Origin: Alphaproteobacteria bacterium 43-37
Lineage (GTDB): Bacteria; Pseudomonadota; Alphaproteobacteria; 43-37
Direction: 5' to 3'
Assembly: GCA_001897475.1 (NCBI GenBank)
Contig: MKSY01000014.1
Coordinates: 114,290 to 178,289 of the forward strand
DNA: 64,000 nt
Every line of letters begins with the position of its first letter. Position 1 is the first letter of the stretch. The notes under the pieces are model-generated. The model did no database searches and was not told the DNA's origin. It saw only the letters and a list, made by a program, of their open reading frames with translations. This document shows, in pieces, positions 9,731-18,800 of this stretch. A program made the translations under genes and the position numbers.

Positions 9731-11080
9731 TCAAGAAGCTGAAGCTGGAAGCATCTCCTCAGCCAAACCAGATCCATCATAGGGCTTTGGATGAGCAGGT
9801 GTTTTTGGAGATCTTACCACTTTACAGATGCAGAATACTATGAGAGTGAGGCCCACAACAGCTGCCGCTCCAACAGCCCCGGAGACAAGAGCAGGGGAAC
9901 TGAATGCAGCGGAAAGAAAAGAGGTTGGCTCAGGTGTTGAGGGCACAGGTGTCGGTGGCTCAGGTGTTGAGGGCACAGGTGTTGAGGGCACAGGTGTTGG
10001 CGGCACAGGCGTTGAAGGCACAGGCGTTGGTGGCTCAGGTGTTGAGGGCACAGGCGTTGAGGGTTCAGGTGTTGAGGGCACAGGCGTTGAAGGCACAGGC
10101 GTTGAGGGTTCAGGTGTTGGAACTGAGGGAGAACGAACACACAGCGCACCGGCAAGAGTATCAACAGGGATACTGGCAGAACTAGTTTCGTCAAAAGTTA
10201 TCTCAGAAGAAAGGCTTACGGCGCCGTTACTCAGAGACCAAATGCAGAGGCCGCCAGTGTCACTGCATTCGATGTTAGAGGGACTGGAAGACCAAAGAGT
10301 GCTAGGAGAAACTGGAAATGCCACGGAGTTGAAGGTACCCGCTGGATATTCGACCAATGTCACAAGTTCTTTTATTTTAGGCAGACGCCACTGTTGCCCT
10401 CCGAGGCTCAACAGCTGGCAGTACGACTGTGCGGCACTCCATGATGCAGAGCCAACCCCCTGTCTTTGCCAGATCAACCCAGTGAGTGAATCCTTCACCT
10501 GCATATCGCTCCCCTCCAAGAGGGTCCCTTTTTCATTGAGATATCGATTGAACATCACGCCACCACTCCCTCGCACGCAACGTACAGCATTAGTGGCGCT
10601 CCCTTCGGGGTAACAACCGAAACGACCATCTTCTCTGCAGCTTATAGATCCACCCTTGTTAATACTCATGGTATTAATCCAGGAGATAGCAAAGGAGACC
10701 CCCCACGCACTACAAAAGAAAGAAAGAGTGCACCCACTCGTGCTGATGCTACACAAAGATGCGGGAGGAAGACAAGCTGCACCGCCTTCCGAAGTCCAGT
10801 AATATCCTTGAGTATTTGGAAATACAGTTCCGTTGATATAGGGAGATGTGGGCAGAGTATAATCCACCAAAGATTGCATCTCCATAACAGTGGGTAGACG
10901 CCAATCTGTGTAACCGCCTTTGGTCAGATTTCCGCAATATACCTGAGCGGAATTGAACCCACCGGATGTTTGGCCCCAGCCCCAATATGTTGCTGTCACA
11001 GAGGGCTCTTGTTCCCACACCAGGCCGGTCAAAGTGTCCAAAACTGTAGCGTTTGTAGCATTCGAACCCAATGGCGTCAA
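9731..11080 (-). CDS. DUF1566 (Lcl C-terminal-like) tandem-domain protein with a Pro/Thr-rich stalk and a C-terminal transmembrane anchor
   Basis: There are two DUF1566-type motifs: LTGLVWEQE...YCGNL..GGYTDWRLPTVMEMQSLVDY and LTGLIWQRQ..SWSAAQSYCQLLSLGGQQWRLPKIKELVTLVEY. These are followed by (PSTP[VE])n, then the hydrophobic segment ALVSGAVGAAAVVGLTLIVFCICKVV. The start is TTG at 11080, and I see no N-terminal signal peptide. Confidence 0.7.
   Translation of the reverse strand: MTPLGSNATNATVLDTLTGLVWEQEPSVTATYWGWGQTSGGFNSAQVYCGNLTKGGYTDWRLPTVMEMQSLVDYTLPTSPYINGTVFPNTQGYYWTSEGGAACLPPASLCSISTSGCTLSFFCSAWGVSFAISWINTMSINKGGSISCREDGRFGCYPEGSATNAVRCVRGSGGVMFNRYLNEKGTLLEGSDMQVKDSLTGLIWQRQGVGSASWSAAQSYCQLLSLGGQQWRLPKIKELVTLVEYPAGTFNSVAFPVSPSTLWSSSPSNIECSDTGGLCIWSLSNGAVSLSSEITFDETSSASIPVDTLAGALCVRSPSVPTPEPSTPVPSTPVPSTPEPSTPVPSTPEPPTPVPSTPVPPTPVPSTPVPSTPEPPTPVPSTPEPTSFLSAAFSSPALVSGAVGAAAVVGLTLIVFCICKVVRSPKTPAHPKPYDGSGLAEEMLPASAS
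9927..10121. repeat. 13 tandem copies of a 15-nt unit (GGYWCAGGYGTYGRN on the + strand) encoding the PSTPV/PSTPE/PPTPV pentapeptide stalk
   Basis: I counted this directly: units begin at 9927, 9942, 9957 ... 10107. Confidence 0.9.
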
Positions 11081-11111
11081 GACTTGATAACGATCCGGTT
11101 GACTTGTGTCA

Positions 11112-13539
11112 TCAGCATACGTCTCCAGATTCCATGGCTGCCAGACTGTTGTGGCGGCTTGAAGAAGAGCTGGGTAAATTAATAGACCCTAAACCTGTTA
11201 CTGGATCCCAGCCTATAGTTGCTGTATAACAAGGACTAACTTGAGGAACGCTTCGCAGTGCAAAAGTTTCACCACTTAATGACGAACTTTCTATGTATGA
11301 CCGTTCTCCCACACAATTATTTCCTTGCGTTACATCGTTAAAAGCAGATGTACCATTTGCATACATGCTATATAGTAAGTGGTTAACAGCTCCCACTGCT
11401 GGATAACCAACCGCAATTCGTGCTTGATTGATTAGGGAAAAAACACCTGCAACTATTGGAGAAGATGCCGATGTACCACACTCATATACGTTTTGGCCAT
11501 CTTGTATTGTGTTAATAGTAGCTCCAAAAGCCGCAATGTCTGGATATGCTCGATTACTTGTAATGGAAGGAGACACATAAGAACCTGGTCCGCTATCAAG
11601 GTAACTAAAAACAGCACTTTGTTGATATGAGGGCTGAGGAAAAACACTCGAAAAGCCACCACCAGATGTGATCACATTTGAGTCTGCTGCGGAGCACACT
11701 ACCTCAAAAGGTGTTCCTCCAGAAGAATAAAGCGAAGTTGCACCAACGGCTGTAACATACGGTGAAGAAGCTGGAAAAATCGGAATGCCACCCCCAGCCT
11801 CACCCTTAAAACCAGCTCCCCAATCGCCAGAGCTCGTAAAAATACTGACGCCCTGCCCAGCAAGCATTTGGAAATATTGGTTCATTTGATTTATTTGTGA
11901 AGAGCCATAACAACTCTCTGGACACGCATAACTGATAGACCAAACACTCGGAGGTGTCGCTGCAACAGGATTGACAGAGGGAAGATTGGATACGATAGAT
12001 TGAGCCCATACTAATAGTGAATGGGTAGATCCTTCCCTTTGAGTATACCATAGCACAGTGGATGCCTGAGGATTCAGAGCAGTAATCATTTCCAGATCTA
12101 AAGTTGTCTCACCTAAGTCTGCACTCTCAACATTACCAACAGTTGTCAGCGTTGAGTTACAAGTAATCCCATTATCTCGATTAAACTGTGCCCAATCACT
12201 TAAAAACTGCTGATATGAAAATGTGCTTGATGTTTCCACATCTAATGCTAAAACCCCCTGAATAGTAGGGAAAACAGAAGAAACAGCACAACCATCCGAT
12301 GGGAGTCCATACTGAGAACGGATACGGGATGGGTTAATAACATCAACATTAATTTTATCAAGAGGCGTACCATCTATACTCATATATCCGCTAACACCAG
12401 ACGGAGTCCCCGAAAGAAACTGGGCTTGAACTGTGAAATTATATAAAGCCCAACGCTGAAAGCTGTTAGAAGGGGACACCGGCAACGAGCAAAAGACCAT
12501 GTTTTGGTACTCAGGTGCAAATGCATTTGGGTATAAAGCTGACGCAGAACTGCAGTTAACCCCGAAGGAAGAGCCCTGCGCTGAAGGAGGTAAGTTAAAT
12601 GTTTGGCTAAAGAAAGGAGCAGAGTTTTGCGTTATGTTCAGAAGAATGGAACTAGGTGCATTTAAAGAGTTTTGGCACCACTGGTAATTTGTAAAAGTGC
12701 TATCTGACGGATTCCCACTTTCACAATAGAATGCCACTAGAGTCTCGGAAATAATTCCAGGATCATCAGAATCACCCGTCACGCTAAGTATGCTAAGAAT
12801 AACAGGAGCTGCCCCTGATGTTATGGGGACAGTGTAAGAGCCGGATGTTCCCTGCAAAGACCCCATGGCCGTGAGTTTAGAGATCGAGCTTCCGCCTGAT
12901 GGTGATAGGGCGGATTTCGCTTTATTAGTTTTAAGGGAGTGTTTTGGCATCATCGTAGGATCATATAGATCCAGGCCACTTAGAAAATGGACTGAAACAG
13001 GCGGGACAATAGAATCTTCTGTCATCTGAACCGTTTGCTTCAAGGACCGATGCCGGTAGTTGCGCACAGTTATATTTAGCAACTGCTCTACATCTGAAAC
13101 AGTAGCTCCTTTACAAATATAGCTATCCCAATCTTCTAAGCATGTCTCTTTAGAGATGCCAGTTGCATAAAGCCACTGTTTTACTTTTAAGCGGTCTTCA
13201 TCAGAGGGACGTACTATTTTTCTGATTTCATCAAGTGTTTTATACTGCCCGTATAAAGCAGACTTAGGATCTGAAACTTGATCTACAAATTCTTTAAGTT
13301 TATCTTCATTCCGAAGTTTGAGGAAAACGCGAAACGAAACGGTATCGTCTGGCTTGGCTCGCTCTCCACGGACCCAACCGTAGGGTGGAGCGGATCTCTG
13401 CCCCCCCCCCTGAAGAGGCACTTAATAAATCGTCCTGTGAGTAGGGCTGCCCCTGCGCATAGGTGACGATAGAATTTAAAAACAGACTTCCTATGAGGAA
13501 CACTCTCACCAGTTTAGACGTAAAGACCCATTTTTTCAT
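11112..13539 (-). CDS. Peptidase S53 (sedolisin/kumamolisin-like) with a pro-kumamolisin activation domain; the 5' signal-peptide exon-like part is out of frame because of a G10 tract
   Basis: The main ORF is 11112..13421. It carries a propeptide-like stretch (YGWVRGERAKPDDTVSFRVFLKLRN..VSDPKSALYGQY), GETTLDLEMITALNP (Glu/Asp), SSGDWGAG and ECGTSASSPIVAGV (Ser). An upstream ORF from ATG 13539 encodes the signal peptide MKKWVFTSKLVRVFLIGSLFLNSIVTYAQG. It joins the main frame if the G run has 9 or 12 G instead of 10. Confidence 0.8.
13401..13410 (-). repeat. Homopolymer C10 on the + strand (G10 on the coding strand) at the junction between signal peptide and propeptide of the S53 gene
   Basis: Read directly from the sequence: ctctg cccccccccc tgaag. 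Confidence 0.95.
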
Positions 13540-13837
13540 GACAAAAACTCCTCCACATGAATTTAACCAAACACCTACCCACAACCAACCCACGCACTCT
13601 TCTTTTGACTGGTGTTATCTACCTCACCTTCCACAAAACGCCTTTTGACATAGGTACATCAAAAGAATAAGATAAACAACGCAAGACACAACAAAATAAA
13701 GACTAATCCGCACTCAGTAAAAGCATAGATACAAACATATGCAATACCTAAAATCGTTAGATTTTTAATAATCAATTTATCTTGTTGTTTCCAAAATGAT
13801 AATTTTTCAAAAAAAAATACATCCGCTCATCTCAAAT

Positions 13838-14294
13838 TTACGTTCTTAATGACTTTGATTTATTCCCCCAAAACGTTTTCTTGCTCCTGCAAAAAATCTC
13901 TTGGCTTACCTGAGCGACTCTGCTGAGGCAGGAGAGTTTTGTGATAAGCTTAACCGAACGCGTCTTTGAAGTGGCAGGCCCTGTTAGTAAAAAACGGCCT
14001 ACATCCTGGAATTCATCCACGTTCTTTTTAACGGCCTGGAGAAGCATTGGAGCGCGCTGAACTTCATCAATGATCATAAGCTCCTTGCCATGTTGGGCAA
14101 ATCCATGAGGATCGCTCAATGCTGCATCCAATACGGTGACATCATCGATGTGTACGATAAATGCTACCTTTCGCAGATAAAGCTTTGGCTAGAGTCGTCT
14201 TTCCACATTGTCTTGGGCCTTCTAAAATCAGGACTCGCCTTGATGCTAAGGCCTGCAGAACGCGATTTTTTTGCCAACGAGGATAATGTTCCAT
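13838..14294 (-). pseudogene. AAA+ ATPase (DUF4143-type 'ATP-binding protein') pseudogene, frameshifted and C-terminally truncated
   Basis: Minus strand from ATG 14294: MEHYPRWQKNRVLQALASRRVLILEGPRQCGKTTLAKAL (Walker A), then a stop. A different frame (ORF 13838..14131) continues with DAALSDPHGFAQHGKELMIIDEVQRAPMLLQAVKKNVDEFQDVGRFLLTG (Walker B), then unrelated sequence. Confidence 0.7.
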
Positions 14295-14440
14295 GGCGAT
14301 TCCTCCGACTACTTTATAACTCAGATAGCCGCGAAATATAAACTACAAATGTCGCGATTGTTAAAGCAAAACTATCGCAGCTTTATCAGACTGGGAGAAT
14401 ATGGCTCAGAGATTAAGAGAAGTAAAATCATTGATTTTGA

Positions 14441-14490
14441 TGGTGGGCGCTAAAGGATTCGAACCTTTGACCTACTGATTAAGAGTCAGT
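14441..14490 (-). tRNA. tRNA-Lys(CUU) 3' half only (anticodon arm to CCA); not a functional gene
   Basis: The reverse complement is ACTGA-CTCTTAA-TCAGT AGGTC AAAGGTTCGAATCCTTT AGCGCCC ACCA. No D-arm or 5' acceptor strand (GGGCGCT) lies upstream. Confidence 0.75.
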
Positions 14491-14651
14491 TATTTTCCAT
14501 GTATCCGCATGTCCTTCGTTATCCAAATATTGTTTATTTTCATTTTGTTCTATGAACCCTTACATCGCCCACGATCACTCTTTGTGATACTTTTTTCCTC
14601 CCATAAGTTGACCGGAAGAGGTAGCGCAAATCAAGAAACCTAGGAAAACTC

Positions 14652-14727
14652 TGGTGCCGGATGTCGGACTTGAACCAACGACCTACTGATTACAAATCAG
14701 TTGCTCTACCAGCTGAGCTAATCCGGC
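14652..14727 (-). tRNA. tRNA-Thr(UGU)
   Basis: The reverse complement is GCCGGATTAGCTCAGCTGGTAGAGCAACTGATTTGTAATCAGTAGGTCGTTGGTTCAAGTCCGACATCCGGCACCA. It is 76 nt, a cloverleaf can be drawn by eye, and the anticodon loop is TTTGTAA. Confidence 0.9.
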
Positions 14728-14848
14728 GTCTGAAAAATACTGATACACTTAAATTTAATTGTTTAAAAGTGAAAAATTATCCTTAAGATAAAAATACTGC
14801 CAACATTGAGCTAACAGCACATATTCTAGCAACGATTCTTCATTAATT

Positions 14849-15784
14849 TTACTCTCTGGCTCTTTGGTTCATGAAGGCCAGATTTTCATATTGCTCCAGC
14901 GCCTCTTCGTCCGTTGGTGGGTTTTGATTGGCCACAATCGCCTTGAATTGAGCATTGCCAATATACTCAAGCGCTTCAGGTGAGATTTTGCGCCGTTCAA
15001 TTTGTTTGACTATTGTCGTTAAATGGATATGCGTGCACTGAATGCCAAGCATTTCGCACGCCTTACTCATTTCCACATGATGCCGCAGCGAATCATCTAC
15101 ATACAAAACCTTCGAAACATCCCGCCCAAACACACCATCTTTCATCAGACTCGCAAAAACCTCCCCTTTATCAGGCAGATCTACTTGAACATGATAACCG
15201 CCTGTATAGATAATACCTTGATGCATAACAGGCACACCACCCAGCAAAACGTTAGCTTCAAATGGAACCTGTGAAAACTGCATCCCTGCTCTCATAACCT
15301 CACGGCTTGTTGCTTCTGCCATGGTGTATAGCCGCGCAGAAAATCCGAACACCATATAATCCTTGGCTGCCTTGTTCAGGCCTATTAAACCTTCTGGATC
15401 AACAGCTTTATGGGTTGATAATACATAACAGCGATACATATCGTGCAGCTGGAGCAAAGCTTCCGTTACGGGTTTGCTGCGAAGAGTTTTAATAAACCCA
15501 CGCGTCCAATGAGTGCCGCAACCATAATGATGCGTAGTGAGAACAACATCATCAATATCCAGCAATGTTACGTTATGCCCTCTAACAAGCTCCTCCAAAC
15601 CAACAAGCGTCTCTCTCTCATGGACAAAAGACACTGCGGCATCAACAGCTCCATGAGCAACAGCTACGATTGATTGAACAGAGGCAAGACTCAAAATTGC
15701 AGATAAAATGATAACAAAGCATGTCTTTTTTAGGTACATAACCTTGATCCACCTATATAAGCGGGCTAAGCTGCCCTTAAACAC
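14849..15784 (-). CDS. Secreted HAD-like (DUF2608-like) hypothetical protein
   Basis: The signal peptide MYLKKTCFVIILSAILSLASVQS suggests the alternative start at 15739 is likely. It has a DxDx(T/V)-like motif (VTLLDIDDVVLT) and a late VLYVDDS motif. Confidence 0.6.
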   Translation of the reverse strand: MFKGSLARLYRWIKVMYLKKTCFVIILSAILSLASVQSIVAVAHGAVDAAVSFVHERETLVGLEELVRGHNVTLLDIDDVVLTTHHYGCGTHWTRGFIKTLRSKPVTEALLQLHDMYRCYVLSTHKAVDPEGLIGLNKAAKDYMVFGFSARLYTMAEATSREVMRAGMQFSQVPFEANVLLGGVPVMHQGIIYTGGYHVQVDLPDKGEVFASLMKDGVFGRDVSKVLYVDDSLRHHVEMSKACEMLGIQCTHIHLTTIVKQIERRKISPEALEYIGNAQFKAIVANQNPPTDEEALEQYENLAFMNQRARE

Positions 15785-15838
15785 AAGATTGGCTTAAACA
15801 TTCAACCAATAATATACTAAAAACATGTTAGTAAATGC

Positions 15839-18800
15839 TTAACGGCAAAAGGATGCCAACGTCTTGACAAACTCTTTAATACCTAAAATGCGCTGCTCTA
15901 GATTTGGCCAAGCCCTAATTAAACTTAGACGCTGATCTGGACGAACCCGAACCAACCCAACCTGATTTTGGACGAACTCAATCAAGGCATCCGGGTTTGG
16001 GAAGATGTTTTGATGCAAATGAAACAGAACCCCTTTCGGCCCCACATCAACTTTTTCAATATTGGCCACAACACACAACACCTTAATTTTCAGGATATCC
16101 ATAAAATTAACAACAGAAGAAGGTAATGGGCCAAATCTATCTTTTAATTCTGCGGCAAAATCATCAATCGCTGCTTCGTCTTTGAGGTTTCCAGCTCTGC
16201 GGTACAGGTGCAGCCTTAAGCTATGATCAAAGATATAGGACTGGGGAATGAAGATAGGTAGGCCGAGATTCAACTGTGGGCTAAAATGAGATGATGCCTT
16301 GGTTTTCTCAGTTATGGTTTGTCGCGCTAAAATCGCATCATTCAGCATCGATTGATAGAGTTCCACACCAACCTCACGAATATGCCCAGATTGTGCCTCA
16401 CCAACAAGATTGCCAACCCCTCGAATGTCCATATCATGACTAGCCAATGTGAATCCAGCCCCCAAAGTATCCAATGATTCCAGAAGGGATAGTCGCTGCA
16501 TGGATTTGCTTTTGAGCTCATAATGGGGCAAAAGCAAGTACGCATGCCCTTGAATTTGCCCTCTGCCGACTCGGCCCCGCAGCTGATATAGTTGCGCCAT
16601 ACCAAACAAATCTGCCCGATGGATAATGATGGTGTTAGCTGAAGGCAAATCAATTCCAGATTCCACAATGCTTGTTGCCAAAAGAATATCAAACTCACGC
16701 GCATAAAAAGCAGCCATAACGCCTTCAAGTTCTGCAGGACGCATTTGCCCATGGGCAATACGCACGCGTGCTTCAGGGACAATCTCAGATAAAGTCTCTA
16801 AAATTTTATCTAATTCTTCCAGCCGCGGGCTGATGTAAAACACCTGCCCTTTTCTGTCTAGCTCTTGTTGAATAGCACCTCGAATAATAGTGGCATCAAA
16901 AGCCGTTAGATAAGTCTTTACAGCCAAACGATCCACAGGCGGCGTCGCAATCAGGCTCATTTCCCGCACACCTGAAAGAGCCATGTGGAGCGTTCGTGGA
17001 ATAGGAGTTGCCGTCATGGACAGTAAATGTACATGTGGGAATTTTTCCTTCAACTTTTCTTTCTGCACGACACCAAAATGATGCTCTTCATCAATGATCA
17101 GTAACCCTAAATGGCTAAAATCAATGTTCTGGGCAAAAATGGCATGGGTTGCGATAACTACCTGGACACGCCCTGCTTTCAGATCCGCTTTAACCTTTTC
17201 AGCTTCCTTAAAGCTCTTAAGGCGCGAAAGTGAAGCCACCTTAAGACCAAATGGTTCAAACCTGGTTTTGAAATTTATTTCATGCTGACGACTCAAAAGC
17301 GTGGTGGGCACAACCACCGCCACTTGCGCACCCGTCATAGCCACAATAAAAGCAGCGCGCATGGCAACTTCTGTTTTGCCAAAACCAACATCGCCACAAA
17401 TCAAGCGATCCATGGGCATACCTGATTGCAAATCTTGGAGGATATCCTCCACCGCATTTAGCTGATCATCTGTCTCTGGGTATGGAAAATGAGCACAAAA
17501 CTCATCAAATAATCCTGTTTCCGGGACACAAATTTCTCCAGGCTTAATCTTTCTCTCAGCAGCAATTTTAATAAGTTTATCAGCGATATCCTGAATTTTC
17601 TTTTTAATCCGTGCCTGCCGATTTTGCCACGAAGCAGCACCGAGTTTGTCTAATTGAACTTTCCCATCCACATTCCCATAACGGCAAATAAGATCAATAT
17701 TCTCAACCGGCAAAAATAAGCGGTCATCATCAGCATACATGATCTTTAGGCAATCATGGGATGAGCCACTGATATCAATCAGTTCTAGCTCCACATATTG
17801 GCCAATACCATGGTCTTTGTGAACCACATAATCTCCTTCTGCCACCTGTGAGAGCTCTTTAAACACACTCTCCGCTGAGCGACGTGTTTTGGTTTGACGC
17901 TGAATGCGAGTCCCAAAAATATCCTCTTCAGCATAAACATAATTCCCATGCCACTGAAAACCTTGGGACAATGAAAGCTGAACCACAGAAACCATTTTGG
18001 TAGGTATATCCCAAAAATGAGCTGGGGCATCCTGACAAACAATCCCTGCCTCAGATAAGAAATGCTTGACACGTTGGACCGCATGGTCTGAGCAACAGGC
18101 TATCAAAACAGCCTCTTGTTTTTCCATATGCTGTCGAAGTTTTTGAATAAATGATTCCGTCTGTGACAGCTTTTCGAGCTGGTCCTTAGCTTGCGAAGAT
18201 AGAAGAGGATGAAAATCTGTTTGTTCAACATTCACAGTTTTTAAAGCTGTCACTTCCACACGAGTTTGATGATGCGCATCAATTTCCTGCATTGTGAGCA
18301 CAAAGCGCTTATCTTCAGGCAAATATGCCCCTAAGTTTGGCGCTTTATCTTTTAATGCCTGCTGCCTTGATAGAGATATTTTCTCTGAAAATTGTTCCAG
18401 CTTCAACGGCAATGAGCTTTGTGATAGCACTAAGTTTGGTTGAAAAAATTCAAAAATTGAAGGGCATGGCTTTTCAAAGAAAAGTGGAAATAAAAGCTCA
18501 ATCCCCTGCCAGGATACCCCCTCATTCAAGCTTTGAATGTATGAATAATAATCTCCAGCATTTTCAAAATAAGCTTGGCAATTTTTTGCAAACACCTTGG
18601 ATGAATCTTGGTTAGCCAAACAAATATGTGCCGGAAGAACCACCACTGTTTCCAATGAACTTTGGCGGCGCTGCTCAATTGGGTCAAAAAAGAAAGCCGA
18701 TTCTATCGTTTCTCCAAAAAAGTCCATACGAACAGGCAGATCACTTGCCGGAGAGAATACATCTACAATATCCCCGCGCACAGCAAATTCACCATACGTC

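Noticed and set aside
11081-11111. Idea that the S53 and DUF1566 genes are one gene joined by a programmed frameshift
   Set aside because: The DUF1566 frame is closed by a TAG about 40 codons upstream of 11080, inside the S53 3' end. No slippery heptamer is evident at the junction. I keep this only as a remote alternative under the DUF1566 finding.
14090-14453. ORFs 14090..14341 and 14271..14453 (+)
   Set aside because: They are antisense to, or overlap, the AAA-ATPase pseudogene and run into the tRNA-Lys fragment. They have no motifs.
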